A stretch of DNA of 32,000 nt from an uncultured Chloroflexia bacterium (GTDB lineage: Bacteria; Chloroflexota; Anaerolineae; Anaerolineales; Anaerolineaceae). Of this stretch, positions 7,423 to 15,074 are shown piece by piece. Numbering within the stretch: position 1 is the stretch's first letter; each line of letters opens with the position of its first letter. A program made the translations under genes and the position numbers. Location of the stretch: assembly GCA_963704755.1 (NCBI GenBank), contig OY969938.1, forward strand, positions 1,890,001 to 1,922,000, written 5' to 3'. Under the pieces are notes generated by a model. It saw only the letters and a program-made list of their open reading frames with translations. It ran no database searches and was not told the DNA's origin.

Positions 7423-9790
7423 ATGACTGATATGACATCGGACGACGTCGTTCAAGGGCTTGGGCACAGCCGCAAGCGCGTGGAAGACGCCCGTTTTTTG
7501 CAAGGCAGGGGCAATTATATCGACGACCTCAAGCTGCCAGGCATGCTCTTTCTCGACATTGTCCGCAGCCCGTATGCCCATGCCAAAATAAAAAGTATCA
7601 ACACCGAGAAGGCCATGGCCATCCCGGGTGTGTTGGCGGTCATCACCGGTGAGACGCTCAAACAGTTCAACGTCCACAACATGCCTACCTTGATGAGCGA
7701 TACCCAGATGGTGCTGCCGCTCGATACGGTTAAATACCAGTACCAGGAAGTTGCCGGCGTGCTGGCGACCGACCGGTTTATCGCTGCCGATGGCGTGGCG
7801 GCCGTCGAAGTGGATTACGACCCCCTCCCGGCCGTGACGGACCCCAGGAAAGCCCTCGAACCGGGCTCGATCAAGGTACGCGATGACAAGGAAAGCAATC
7901 ACATCTGGCACTGGGAATGGGGTGATAGAGCCAAGACCAACCAGGTCTTCGATCAGAGCAGCGTTAAGGTGGCCGAAGATATTTACATCCCGCGTATTCA
8001 CGTTTCGTCCATCGAGACCTGCGGGTGCGTGGCCCAATGGGACTCGATCGAAAAGCACCTGAACCTGTACATGACCACCCAGGCGCCGCACGCCATCCGC
8101 ACCGTGGTCGCCTTGGTGACCGGCCACCTGGGCCTGTCCGAAGAGCGCATCCGGGTGATTTCACCCGATATCGGCGGCGGTTTCGGCGGCAAAGTGCCGG
8201 TTTACCCCGGCTACGTGATCGCGGTGGCTGCCTCGATCGTGACCGGCAAACCGGTCAAGTGGATCGAAGTGCGCACCGAGAACCTGGCCGCCGACTCGTT
8301 CGCCCGGGATTACCGCATCCACGCCGAACTGGCCGGCGATAAGACCGGCAAGATCAACGCTTTGCGCATCAACACCATCGCCGACCACGGCTATACCGAT
8401 GCGGCCGCCAACCCGTCCAAATTCCCGGCCGGGCTGTTCCACATTTGCACCGGCTCATACGATATGAAGGATGCTTTCGTCGAGGTGGACGGCGCCTACA
8501 CCAATAAACCGCCCGGAGGCATCGCTTACCGCTGCTCCTTCCGCGTGACCGAGGCCGTGTTCACCATCGAGCGCATGGTCGATATTATGGCCCACACCCT
8601 GGGCATCGACCCGGCCGAGTACCGCATGAAGAACTTTATCAAGCCGGAGCAGTTCCCCTATAAATCGGCCCTGGGCTGGGAATACGACAGTGGCAACTAC
8701 GCCCGAGCCTTACGTTTGGCCATGGATATGATCGGCTATGAAGATCTGCGCAAGGAGCAGGCCGAAAAGCGCGCTCGCGGTGAGTTTATGGGCATCGGCA
8801 TCTCCTCCTTTACCGAGATCGTCGGCGCCGGCCCCTCCAAGACCTTCGACATCCTGGGCATCAAGATGTTCGATTCCTGCGAGATCCGTATCCATCCCAC
8901 CGGCAAGGCCATCGCCCGCTTTGGCACCAAATCCCAGGGCCAGGGTCACGAGACCACCTACGCCCAGATCATCGCCGAAGAGCTGGGCATCCCGGCCGAT
9001 AACATCAAGGTCGAGGAAGGCGACACCGATACGGCCCCTTACGGGCTGGGTACCTACGCCAGCCGCAGCACGCCGACCGCCGGTGCGGCCGCGTCGATTG
9101 CCTCACGCAAGATCCGCGCCAAGGCCAAAAAGATCGCGGCCTACCTGTTGGAGGCCTCGGAAGACGACCTGGTCTGGGAGCGCGGCAAATTCTACGTCAA
9201 AGGCTCGCCGGACCGTTCCAAGACCATTCAGGAAATCGCTTTCGCTGCCTATACGAACCACCCCCAGGGCATGGAAGCCGGGCTGGAGTTCGGTCGATTA
9301 CTATGACCCGCCGAACCTGACCTATCCCTTTGGCTCGTATATTTGTGTGGCGGATATCGACCGCGGCACCGGGGAAGTGAAGGTACGCCGGTTTGTGGCG
9401 GTGGACGACTGCGGCGTGCGCATCAACCCGATGATCGTCGAAGGCCAGATCCACGGCGGGCTGACGATGGGCTTTGCTCCTGCTCTGATGGAAGAGATCC
9501 GTTACGACGAGAACGGCAACCTGATGACCCCCAACTTTATGGATTACCTGCTGCCCACCGCGGTGGAGACGCCCCGCTGGGAGACCGGCGAGACGGTCAC
9601 CCCCTCGCCGCACCACCCCATCGGCGCCAAAGGCGTGGGCGAATTGGCCACAGTCGGTGCACCGGCCGCCATCGCCAACGCCGTGGTGGACGCGCTCTGG
9701 CACCTGGGCATCCATAACATCGATATTCCCATCACACCGCCCAAAGTGTGGGCCGCGCTGAACGAGCACGGCGCCGCATTGGAAGAGTGA
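7423..9790 (+). pseudogene. coxL: Form I CO dehydrogenase large (Mo-Cu) subunit, interrupted by a 1-nt frameshift near 9292
   Basis: ORF 7423-9306 ends ...GMEAGLEF-GRLL*. The conserved C-terminal 165 aa (VDYYDPPNLTYPFG...TPSPHHPIGAKGVGE...) continue from 9293 to 9790 in the +1 frame. The active-site loop IAYRCSFR (8524-8544) is the form I signature. Confidence 0.85.
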
Positions 9791-9810
9791 ACCTTACAAA
9801 ACGAAACCTG

Positions 9811-9840
9811 GCCGGCGGGCAAATGCTTTTGCCTGCCGGC
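9811..9840 (+). terminator. 13-bp hairpin 21 nt after the coxL stop (possible partial terminator or mRNA stabiliser)
   Basis: GCCGGCGGGCAAA-tgct-TTTGCCTGCCGGC with one G-T pair, followed by GTTT. Confidence 0.4.
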
Positions 9841-9844
9841 GTTT

Positions 9845-10382
9845 ACCCTCATCCCGGCCTTCCCCCTGGTAGGGGGAAGGAGCAAGATTTAGGAGGGGCG
9901 CGGCCGGCGGGCAGGTGCCTCGCCCGGTTGGCGTAGACCCTCATCCCGGCCTTCCCCACGCTTCGCGGAGGGGGAAGGAGCAAGAGATTGGGAGGGGCGC
10001 GGCCGGCAAGCCAGTGTCTTGGCCAGCCGGCGTAGACCCTCATCCCGGCCTTCCCCACGCTTCGCGAAGGGGGAAGGAGCAAGAAAATCCCGCTCCCCTG
10101 CGGGGCGAGGCCAGGTGAGAGGCGCGGCCAGCCGGCGTAGACCCTCATCCCGGCCTTCCCCCTAAGAGGGGGAAGGAGAAAGAAAATCCCGCTCCCCTGC
10201 GGGGAGAGGCTGGGTGAAGGGCGCGGCCGGCGGGCAAGTGCCTTGGCCGGTTGGCGTAGACCCTCATCCCGGCCTTCCCCACGCTTCGCGAAGGGGGAAG
10301 GAGAAAGAGATTGGGAGGGGCGCGGCCGGCAAGCCAGTGTCTTGGCCAGCCGGTGCTGACCCTCATCTCGGCCTTCCCCACG
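9845..10382 (+). repeat. Array of six tandem units (89-119 bp) of the CCCTCATCCCGGCCTTCCCC-loop-GGGGGAAGGAG repeat; the last unit is split by the IS
   Basis: Unit cores start at 9845, 9947, 10036, 10141, 10260 and 10359. Each contains an 8-9 bp CCTTCCCC/GGGGAAGG stem. Four of the six loops contain CGCTTCGCG. Confidence 0.9.
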
Positions 10383-10410
10383 TGACCTTTCCCCGGTTTA
10401 GTAGACATAG

Positions 10411-11268
10411 TTAAAGGGTGAGGTTTTCGAAATCAACGGGGCTGAGGTAGCCCAAAGTAGAGTGTAGTCGTTGGCGATTGTACCAAACCTCCAGGTATTC
10501 AAAAATGGTCGTGCGAGCCAAGGTACGGGTAAGAAATGGACCCGTAACGCATTCGGTTTTCAGAGTGCCAAAGAAACTCTCCATGACCGCATTGTCGTAA
10601 CAGTTGCCAGCCCCGCTCATACTCAGTTGGGCCAGAGCTTCGGTCAAGCAGGAGCGGTAGGCAGCGCTGGTGTACTGGCTGCCCTGATCGGAGTGGTGCA
10701 GCAGGCCAGCCGGTGGATGACGTCCCAGGAGGGCCATACGCAAAGCTGTTTCTACCAAGGCGGTGTCCATCTTCTGGCTCATCGACCACCCAATCACTTT
10801 GCGGGAGAACAAGTCCAAGACCACGGCCAGATACAACCAGCCTTCTCCGGTCTCGATGTAGGTAAAATCACTGACCCATTTCTGGTTGGGGGCAGAGGCG
10901 GAGAAGTCCTGGTTCAGCCGGTTGGGGGCAGGAATCGCCCCTGGCTGGCGGTGGGTGGTCACTGGACGGTACTTGCGCCTTGCAAGGGCTGCGATCCCAT
11001 GCAAACGCATCAGGCGTGCCACCCGATTATGCCCACACACTACCCCTTTTCGCCGCAGAACCACGTACACACGCGGGCTGCCATATGTTTTCCGGCTGCG
11101 CTCATGCTCTGCTGTAATCAGCTCCAGCAGAGCCTGGTTGGCTTGTTCCCGCGTGCTGGGCGTTCGTTTCCGCCAGGCGTAATACCCACTGCGCTTCACA
11201 CTCAGCATCCGGCACATCCGCTTGATCTGAAATTGCTCTTCGTGGGCAGCCATAAACGTGTACTTCAT
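10411..11268 (-). CDS. IS3-family transposase OrfB (DDE/rve integrase core), probably expressed as an OrfAB fusion by -1 frameshifting
   Basis: 285 aa. The DDE contexts are WVSDFTYI, HSDQGSQYTS and NAVMESFFGTLKTE. The OrfB frame is open upstream to the slippery site. Confidence 0.9.
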   Translation of the reverse strand: MKYTFMAAHEEQFQIKRMCRMLSVKRSGYYAWRKRTPSTREQANQALLELITAEHERSRKTYGSPRVYVVLRRKGVVCGHNRVARLMRLHGIAALARRKYRPVTTHRQPGAIPAPNRLNQDFSASAPNQKWVSDFTYIETGEGWLYLAVVLDLFSRKVIGWSMSQKMDTALVETALRMALLGRHPPAGLLHHSDQGSQYTSAAYRSCLTEALAQLSMSGAGNCYDNAVMESFFGTLKTECVTGPFLTRTLARTTIFEYLEVWYNRQRLHSTLGYLSPVDFENLTL

Positions 11269-11603
11269 CCGCCTTTCCGGGAGAAAATGTTGACTACTTT
11301 TTTTAGGATCTCTCGCTCTTCGGCTATCTCCTTCAGCTCCCGTTGCAAACGCACAATCTCCCTTTTGGCCGCTTCTAAATCACTCGGTACCAGCTTCGGC
11401 TCCTGGTTCTCTGGCAACACCACCTCGTATCGATCCCGCCACTTTAGCAACATCCCTGGCGTTATCCCCAGTTCCCGCTCAAGCTGTCCTGCACTCTTCC
11501 CGCTGCTTTTCAGCAGCTCTAACGCTTCCCGCTTGAACTCATCGGTGTATTCTCGATATTTCTTGTCACTCATGACCTTCCTCCGTTCCCTTTTACTGTA
11601 CAT
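11265..11603 (-). CDS. IS3-family transposase OrfA (HTH plus leucine-zipper region)
   Basis: 112 aa. YTDEFKREALELLKSSGKSAGQLERELGITPGMLLKWR is the typical IS3/IS911 OrfA helix-turn-helix. Confidence 0.9.
   Translation of the reverse strand: MYSKRERRKVMSDKKYREYTDEFKREALELLKSSGKSAGQLERELGITPGMLLKWRDRYEVVLPENQEPKLVPSDLEAAKREIVRLQRELKEIAEEREILKKVVNIFSRKGG
11298..11304 (-). other. Programmed -1 ribosomal frameshift site of the IS (A AAA AAA G)
   Basis: The minus strand reads CTA AAA AAA GTA in the OrfA frame. The -1 frame reads AAA AAA AGT ... and runs into ATG AAG TAC of OrfB without a stop. Confidence 0.7.
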
Positions 11604-11645
11604 CTCTCACCCTTCATTCGTGTCTACTGATTTGGGGAAAGGTCA

Positions 11646-11673
11646 ACGCTTCGCGGAGGGGGAAGGAGCAAGG
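11646..11673 (+). repeat. Right half of the repeat unit split by the IS
   Basis: ACGCTTCGCGGAGGGGGAAGGAGCAAGG. Joining 10359-10382 to 11649-11673 restores an intact unit. Confidence 0.9.
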
Positions 11674-11685
11674 ACACACAACTTT

Positions 11686-12714
11686 ATGGATTATCTGCAA
11701 CAGATCACGGTTTTGCGTGAAAATAAACAACCCTTCGTTCTGGCCACGGTGGTCAGGATCGAAAAACCCACCTCGGCCAAGCCGGGCGCCAAGGCTATTA
11801 TCACCGAAGATGGCGAGCTGATCGGTTGGATCGGCGGTAGCTGCGCCGAACCGACCGTCAAACGTGAGTCCGCTCGCTCGCTGCGGGATGGCAAACCGCG
11901 CCTGCTGCGCCTGTGCCCGCCCGAGAAAATGGGCGCTGCCCCCCAGGAAGGAATTACCGAGCTGCAGCTCACCTGCATGAGCGGAGGTACCATGGAGATT
12001 TACATCGAACCGTATTTGCCCCCGCCCCACCTGCTGCTGATCGGATACCAATCGGTTATCTCCACCCTGGCCGTGCTGGCCAAAGCGTTGGAGTACAGCG
12101 TCACCGTACTGGGCCAGGACCTGGCCAGCGAGCGTTTCCCGACCGCCGACCGGGTGATCAATTCTCTGGATTTTTCCCAGGTCGAGATCACTTCCAACAC
12201 CTACGTAATCGTGGCCAGCCACGGCAATTACGACGAGCCGTCTTTGGAAGCGGTCCTGTCCTCGCGGGCAGCCTATATCGGCCTGGTTTCCAGCCGCAAG
12301 CGGGCCGAATCGGTTAAAGAATACCTGCGCGAAGATGGCTTTTCCGAAGAACAGATCGCCCGGATCAAAAACCCGGCCGGCCTGGACATCGGCGCAGCCA
12401 ACCCGCAGGAAATTGCGGTTAGTATCCTGGCCGAGATCGTTTCCTATCGCCGCCAGGGAATCCAATTGGAGGTAGAAGCGCATATGGAAGAACACATGGA
12501 ACTCTATACAGAACCCGAAACCGCCATCGATCCGATCTGCAACATGACCGTCGAGATCGATTCGGCCCAATTCAAATCGGATTACCAGGGGCAAACCTAC
12601 TACTTTTGTTCCGCTCACTGCCTGCATACCTTTGAAAAAGAACCGCAAAAGTACGCTTCCCCGGCCGGCCCGGTGGAGCAGCCGTCCGTTGACTTAATGA
12701 AACACAAAAAATAG
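11686..12714 (+). CDS. XdhC/CoxF/CoxI-family maturation protein fused to a C-terminal TRASH/YHS metal-binding domain
   Basis: 342 aa from the ATG at 11686; the track's 747-aa ORF is an upstream artefact. The XdhC N-domain reads FVLATVVRIEKPTSAKPGAKAIITEDGELIGWIGGSCAE. A Rossmann-like part follows (LLLIGYQSVISTLA..., IGLVSSRKR, NPAGLDIGA). The C-terminus is DPICNMTVEIDSAQFKSDYQGQTYYFCSAHCLHTFEKEPQKY, a C-X22-C-X3-C motif. Confidence 0.8.
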   Translation: MDYLQQITVLRENKQPFVLATVVRIEKPTSAKPGAKAIITEDGELIGWIGGSCAEPTVKRESARSLRDGKPRLLRLCPPEKMGAAPQEGITELQLTCMSGGTMEIYIEPYLPPPHLLLIGYQSVISTLAVLAKALEYSVTVLGQDLASERFPTADRVINSLDFSQVEITSNTYVIVASHGNYDEPSLEAVLSSRAAYIGLVSSRKRAESVKEYLREDGFSEEQIARIKNPAGLDIGAANPQEIAVSILAEIVSYRRQGIQLEVEAHMEEHMELYTEPETAIDPICNMTVEIDSAQFKSDYQGQTYYFCSAHCLHTFEKEPQKYASPAGPVEQPSVDLMKHKK

Positions 12715-12722
12715 GAGGGCAC

Positions 12723-13166
12723 GTGAAACTAAACGGGGTCACTACCATCAATGCGCCACGCGATAAGGTCTTTGCTTCGCTGACCGACCCGCAACTGGTC
12801 AGCCAATGTGCACCTGGCCTGCAATCGATGGAAATTCTCGAACCGGATAAGCGGTTCAAGGTGGTCGTGGCGGTTGGCTTCGGGGCCGTCAAAGTCACAT
12901 TTGACGCCGAAGTCGAGTTCGTCCAGTTGAACCCGCCTGATTTTGCCCAAATGAAAGCCCACGGCAAGGCGCCCGGGAGCGGGGTGGACGTCACCGCCGA
13001 CATGCGCCTTAGCGACGATCATGGCGCCGGCACGGCCCTGGACTGGTCCGCCGATGTGAATATCGTCGGCACGATTGCCAGTATGGCCAGCCGATTGATG
13101 GGCGGGATCACCCAGAAAATGACCGGCCAGTTTTTTGATTGCATCAAAGGAAAGATCGAAGCATGA
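12723..13166 (+). CDS. coxG: CoxG-like SRPBCC-family protein
   Basis: 147 aa with a GTG start. The sequence runs INAPRDKVFASLTDPQLVSQCAPGLQSMEILEPDKRFKVVVAVGFGAVKVTFDAEVEF...IASMASRLMGGITQKMTGQFFDCIK. It occupies the expected position in a cox cluster. Confidence 0.8.
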   Translation: MKLNGVTTINAPRDKVFASLTDPQLVSQCAPGLQSMEILEPDKRFKVVVAVGFGAVKVTFDAEVEFVQLNPPDFAQMKAHGKAPGSGVDVTADMRLSDDHGAGTALDWSADVNIVGTIASMASRLMGGITQKMTGQFFDCIKGKIEA

Positions 13167-13648
13167 AATTTGGCCCTGTTCCGGTGGCCCAGGCAGAAGG
13201 CAAGATCCTGGCCCACAACATGGTCGCTGACGCCGGTCGGAGCGGTTTTCGTAAAGGGAAGATCATCACCGCCGACGATGTGGCCGCATTGGGCGACCGC
13301 GGTTACACCACCGTCTATGTGGCCGAGCCCGAACCCGGCGACGTGGGTGAGACCAGCGCTGCCCAGCGGATTGCCCAGGCAGCCCTGGGGGCCGGGCTGC
13401 AGATTAAAGGCGCCTCGGGCGGCAAAGCCAATCTGGTCGCCACGGTCAAAGGCGTGCTCAAGGTCGATCCGCACCGCCTGGAAAGGATCAATCGCCACAG
13501 CGGCATTGCCTTTGCCACCCTGCCCACCTTTCGCCTGGTCAACCCCGGCCAGGTGATAGCTACCGTCAAGATCATCCCCTATGCCCTGCCGGAAACAACT
13601 CTACGTCAGGTCGAGGAAGAGGCCGCGGGCGGTTCGGCCGTGATTTAG
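13163..13648 (+). CDS. N-terminal half of a cox-cluster molybdopterin-binding (MoeA-N-like) protein, ending at an in-frame TAG
   Basis: The ATG overlaps the coxG stop (ATGA). The sequence runs MKFGPVPVAQAEGKILAHNMV...ATVKIIPYALPETTL. The stop TAG at 13646-13648 is followed immediately, in the same frame, by the next ORF. Confidence 0.6.
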   Translation: MKFGPVPVAQAEGKILAHNMVADAGRSGFRKGKIITADDVAALGDRGYTTVYVAEPEPGDVGETSAAQRIAQAALGAGLQIKGASGGKANLVATVKGVLKVDPHRLERINRHSGIAFATLPTFRLVNPGQVIATVKIIPYALPETTLRQVEEEAAGGSAVI

Positions 13649-14167
13649 GTGCACGAGCTGCCGCCGCGCAAGGTCGGCCTGCTGATGAGCGGGCTTTCCA
13701 CCGCCCGGGTGCGGGTGACCCGGACCTTCGAGCCGCCTCTGCGCCAGCGCATCGAACGCCTGGGTTCCGCGCTGGACGAGGTAGAATACTTCCCGCTTAC
13801 CGGCACCGGCGACTGGCCCGCTCTGGCCAACGAGCTGCGCCACCAGGTGGATAAAGGCTGCCAGGTAATCCTGATGGCCAGCGAGACCTCCATTATGGAC
13901 AGCAGCGACAACGCCCCGCGGGCAGTCGAGATCGCCGGCGGCGACGTGATCAGCATCGGCGCACCGGTTGACCCGGGCAACCTGCTCATGCTGGCCCGCT
14001 TCCACGACGTGCCCATCCTGGGTGTGCCCGGCTGCGCCCGCAGTCCCAAGCCAAACGTGGTCGATCGCCTGCTGCCGGTGCTGCTGGCCGGCATCCATCT
14101 CAAGGCCGGCGACATTGCTCGTCTGGGTCACGGTGGTTTGATCGAGGATGGCGAAGACGATGAATAG
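13649..14167 (+). CDS. C-terminal half: MoCF-biosynthesis (MogA/MoaB-like) molybdopterin-binding domain protein
   Basis: A GTG at 13649 directly abuts the TAG. The sequence includes RKVGLLMSG...IGAPVDPGNLLMLARFHDVPILGVPGCARSPKPNVVDRLLPVLLAG. Confidence 0.6.
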   Translation: MHELPPRKVGLLMSGLSTARVRVTRTFEPPLRQRIERLGSALDEVEYFPLTGTGDWPALANELRHQVDKGCQVILMASETSIMDSSDNAPRAVEIAGGDVISIGAPVDPGNLLMLARFHDVPILGVPGCARSPKPNVVDRLLPVLLAGIHLKAGDIARLGHGGLIEDGEDDE

Positions 14168-15074
14168 CAACGGCTTCACGGTGGAATTGATCGACTCGCT
14201 GCAGGAGGCGCTGCGCGCGCACAGCTACATCGCCGACCGCGGCCTGGCCACCTCGATCTACCTGGCCGTCAAAATGGGCCGCCCGCTTTTCCTGGAAGGC
14301 GAAGCCGGCGTGGGCAAAACCGAGGTCGCCAAGGTGCTCCAGGACGTATTGGGCACCGAGCTGATCCGCCTGCAGTGCTACGAGGGCCTGGACGCCAACC
14401 AGGCCGTGTACGAGTGGAATTATTCGCGCCAGTTGCTGCACATCCGCCGCATGGAGGCCTACGGCGAGAAGGTCGCCGAGACCGACCTGTTTGGCCCGCA
14501 GTTCCTGCTGCGCCGTCCGCTCCTGCAGGCCATCGAGGATTTGCGCGAAAAGCCGCCCGTGCTGCTGGTAGACGAGATCGACCGCAGCGACGAGGAATTC
14601 GAGGCTTATTTGCTCGAGCTGCTGTCCGATTTCCAGATTACCATTCCCGAGATCGGCACGATCAAAGCCGAGCGCCCGCCGGTGGTGGTGGTCACCTCCA
14701 ACCGCACCCGCGAGGTGCACGACGCGCTCAAGCGGCGCTGCCTGTATTACTGGATCGATTACCCCTCCTTTGAGAAAGAGCTCGAGATCGTCACAGCCCG
14801 GCTGCCCCAGGCCCCGGCGCAGCTCTCGCGCCAGGTGATCGCTTTCGTCCAGGAGCTGCGCCAGGCGGATCTCTACAAGATTCCCGGCGTGGCCGAGACC
14901 CTGGATTGGGCCGCGGCCCTGCTGGCGCTGGAGCGCAAAAAACTGGACCACGAAGTAGTGGCCAACACGCTCGGGGCGGTATTAAAATATAAGGATGACC
15001 TCGATAAGGTATCAACGGAAATGATCGACCCGATCCTGGTACGGATCGGGGACGGCAGCAAACCGCTGGAGTGA
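14148..15074 (+). CDS. coxD: CoxD, MoxR-type AAA+ ATPase
   Basis: 308 aa. Walker A is LEGEAGVGKT and Walker B is VLLVDEIDR, with VVVVTSNR further on. The start is uncertain (ATG 14148 or 14160); both overlap the upstream stop. Confidence 0.88.
   Translation: MAKTMNSNGFTVELIDSLQEALRAHSYIADRGLATSIYLAVKMGRPLFLEGEAGVGKTEVAKVLQDVLGTELIRLQCYEGLDANQAVYEWNYSRQLLHIRRMEAYGEKVAETDLFGPQFLLRRPLLQAIEDLREKPPVLLVDEIDRSDEEFEAYLLELLSDFQITIPEIGTIKAERPPVVVVTSNRTREVHDALKRRCLYYWIDYPSFEKELEIVTARLPQAPAQLSRQVIAFVQELRQADLYKIPGVAETLDWAAALLALERKKLDHEVVANTLGAVLKYKDDLDKVSTEMIDPILVRIGDGSKPLE

Larger units (their letters stand above)
10383..11645 (-). mobile_element. IS3-family insertion sequence (1263 bp) with 25-bp imperfect terminal inverted repeats and a 3-bp target duplication
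   Basis: The ends are TGACCTTTCCCCGGTTTAGTAGACA (10383-10407) and the reverse complement of 11621-11645, TGACCTTTCCCCAAATCAGTAGACA (21/25 identical, TG...CA termini). ACG is duplicated at 10380-10382 and 11646-11648. The two-ORF layout has a slippery site. Confidence 0.92.

Noticed and set aside
9845-10382. Possible CRISPR array (regularly spaced ~40-bp repeats with palindromic cores)
   Set aside because: The spacers between cores are themselves homologous between units (GCGCGGCCGGC..GCCAGTGTCTTGGCC..). Unit length varies from 89 to 119 bp, the repeat cores are not identical, and no cas genes are nearby. It is a tandem REP-like array, not CRISPR.
9849-10408. ORFs of 60-100 aa with reiterated PHPGLPHASRRGKEQE / GKAGMRVYA peptides (also at 4759-5124 and 21590-22299)
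   Set aside because: These are translations of the repeat units on both strands. They have no start context, and their periodicity equals the repeat period.
10471-12714. 747-aa plus-strand ORF, the longest plus-strand ORF in this part of the track
   Set aside because: It is a chimera. Its first ~405 codons read antisense through the IS3 transposase genes and the IS end. Only the part from the ATG at 11686 has recognisable (XdhC/TRASH) sequence and a plausible ribosome-binding context.
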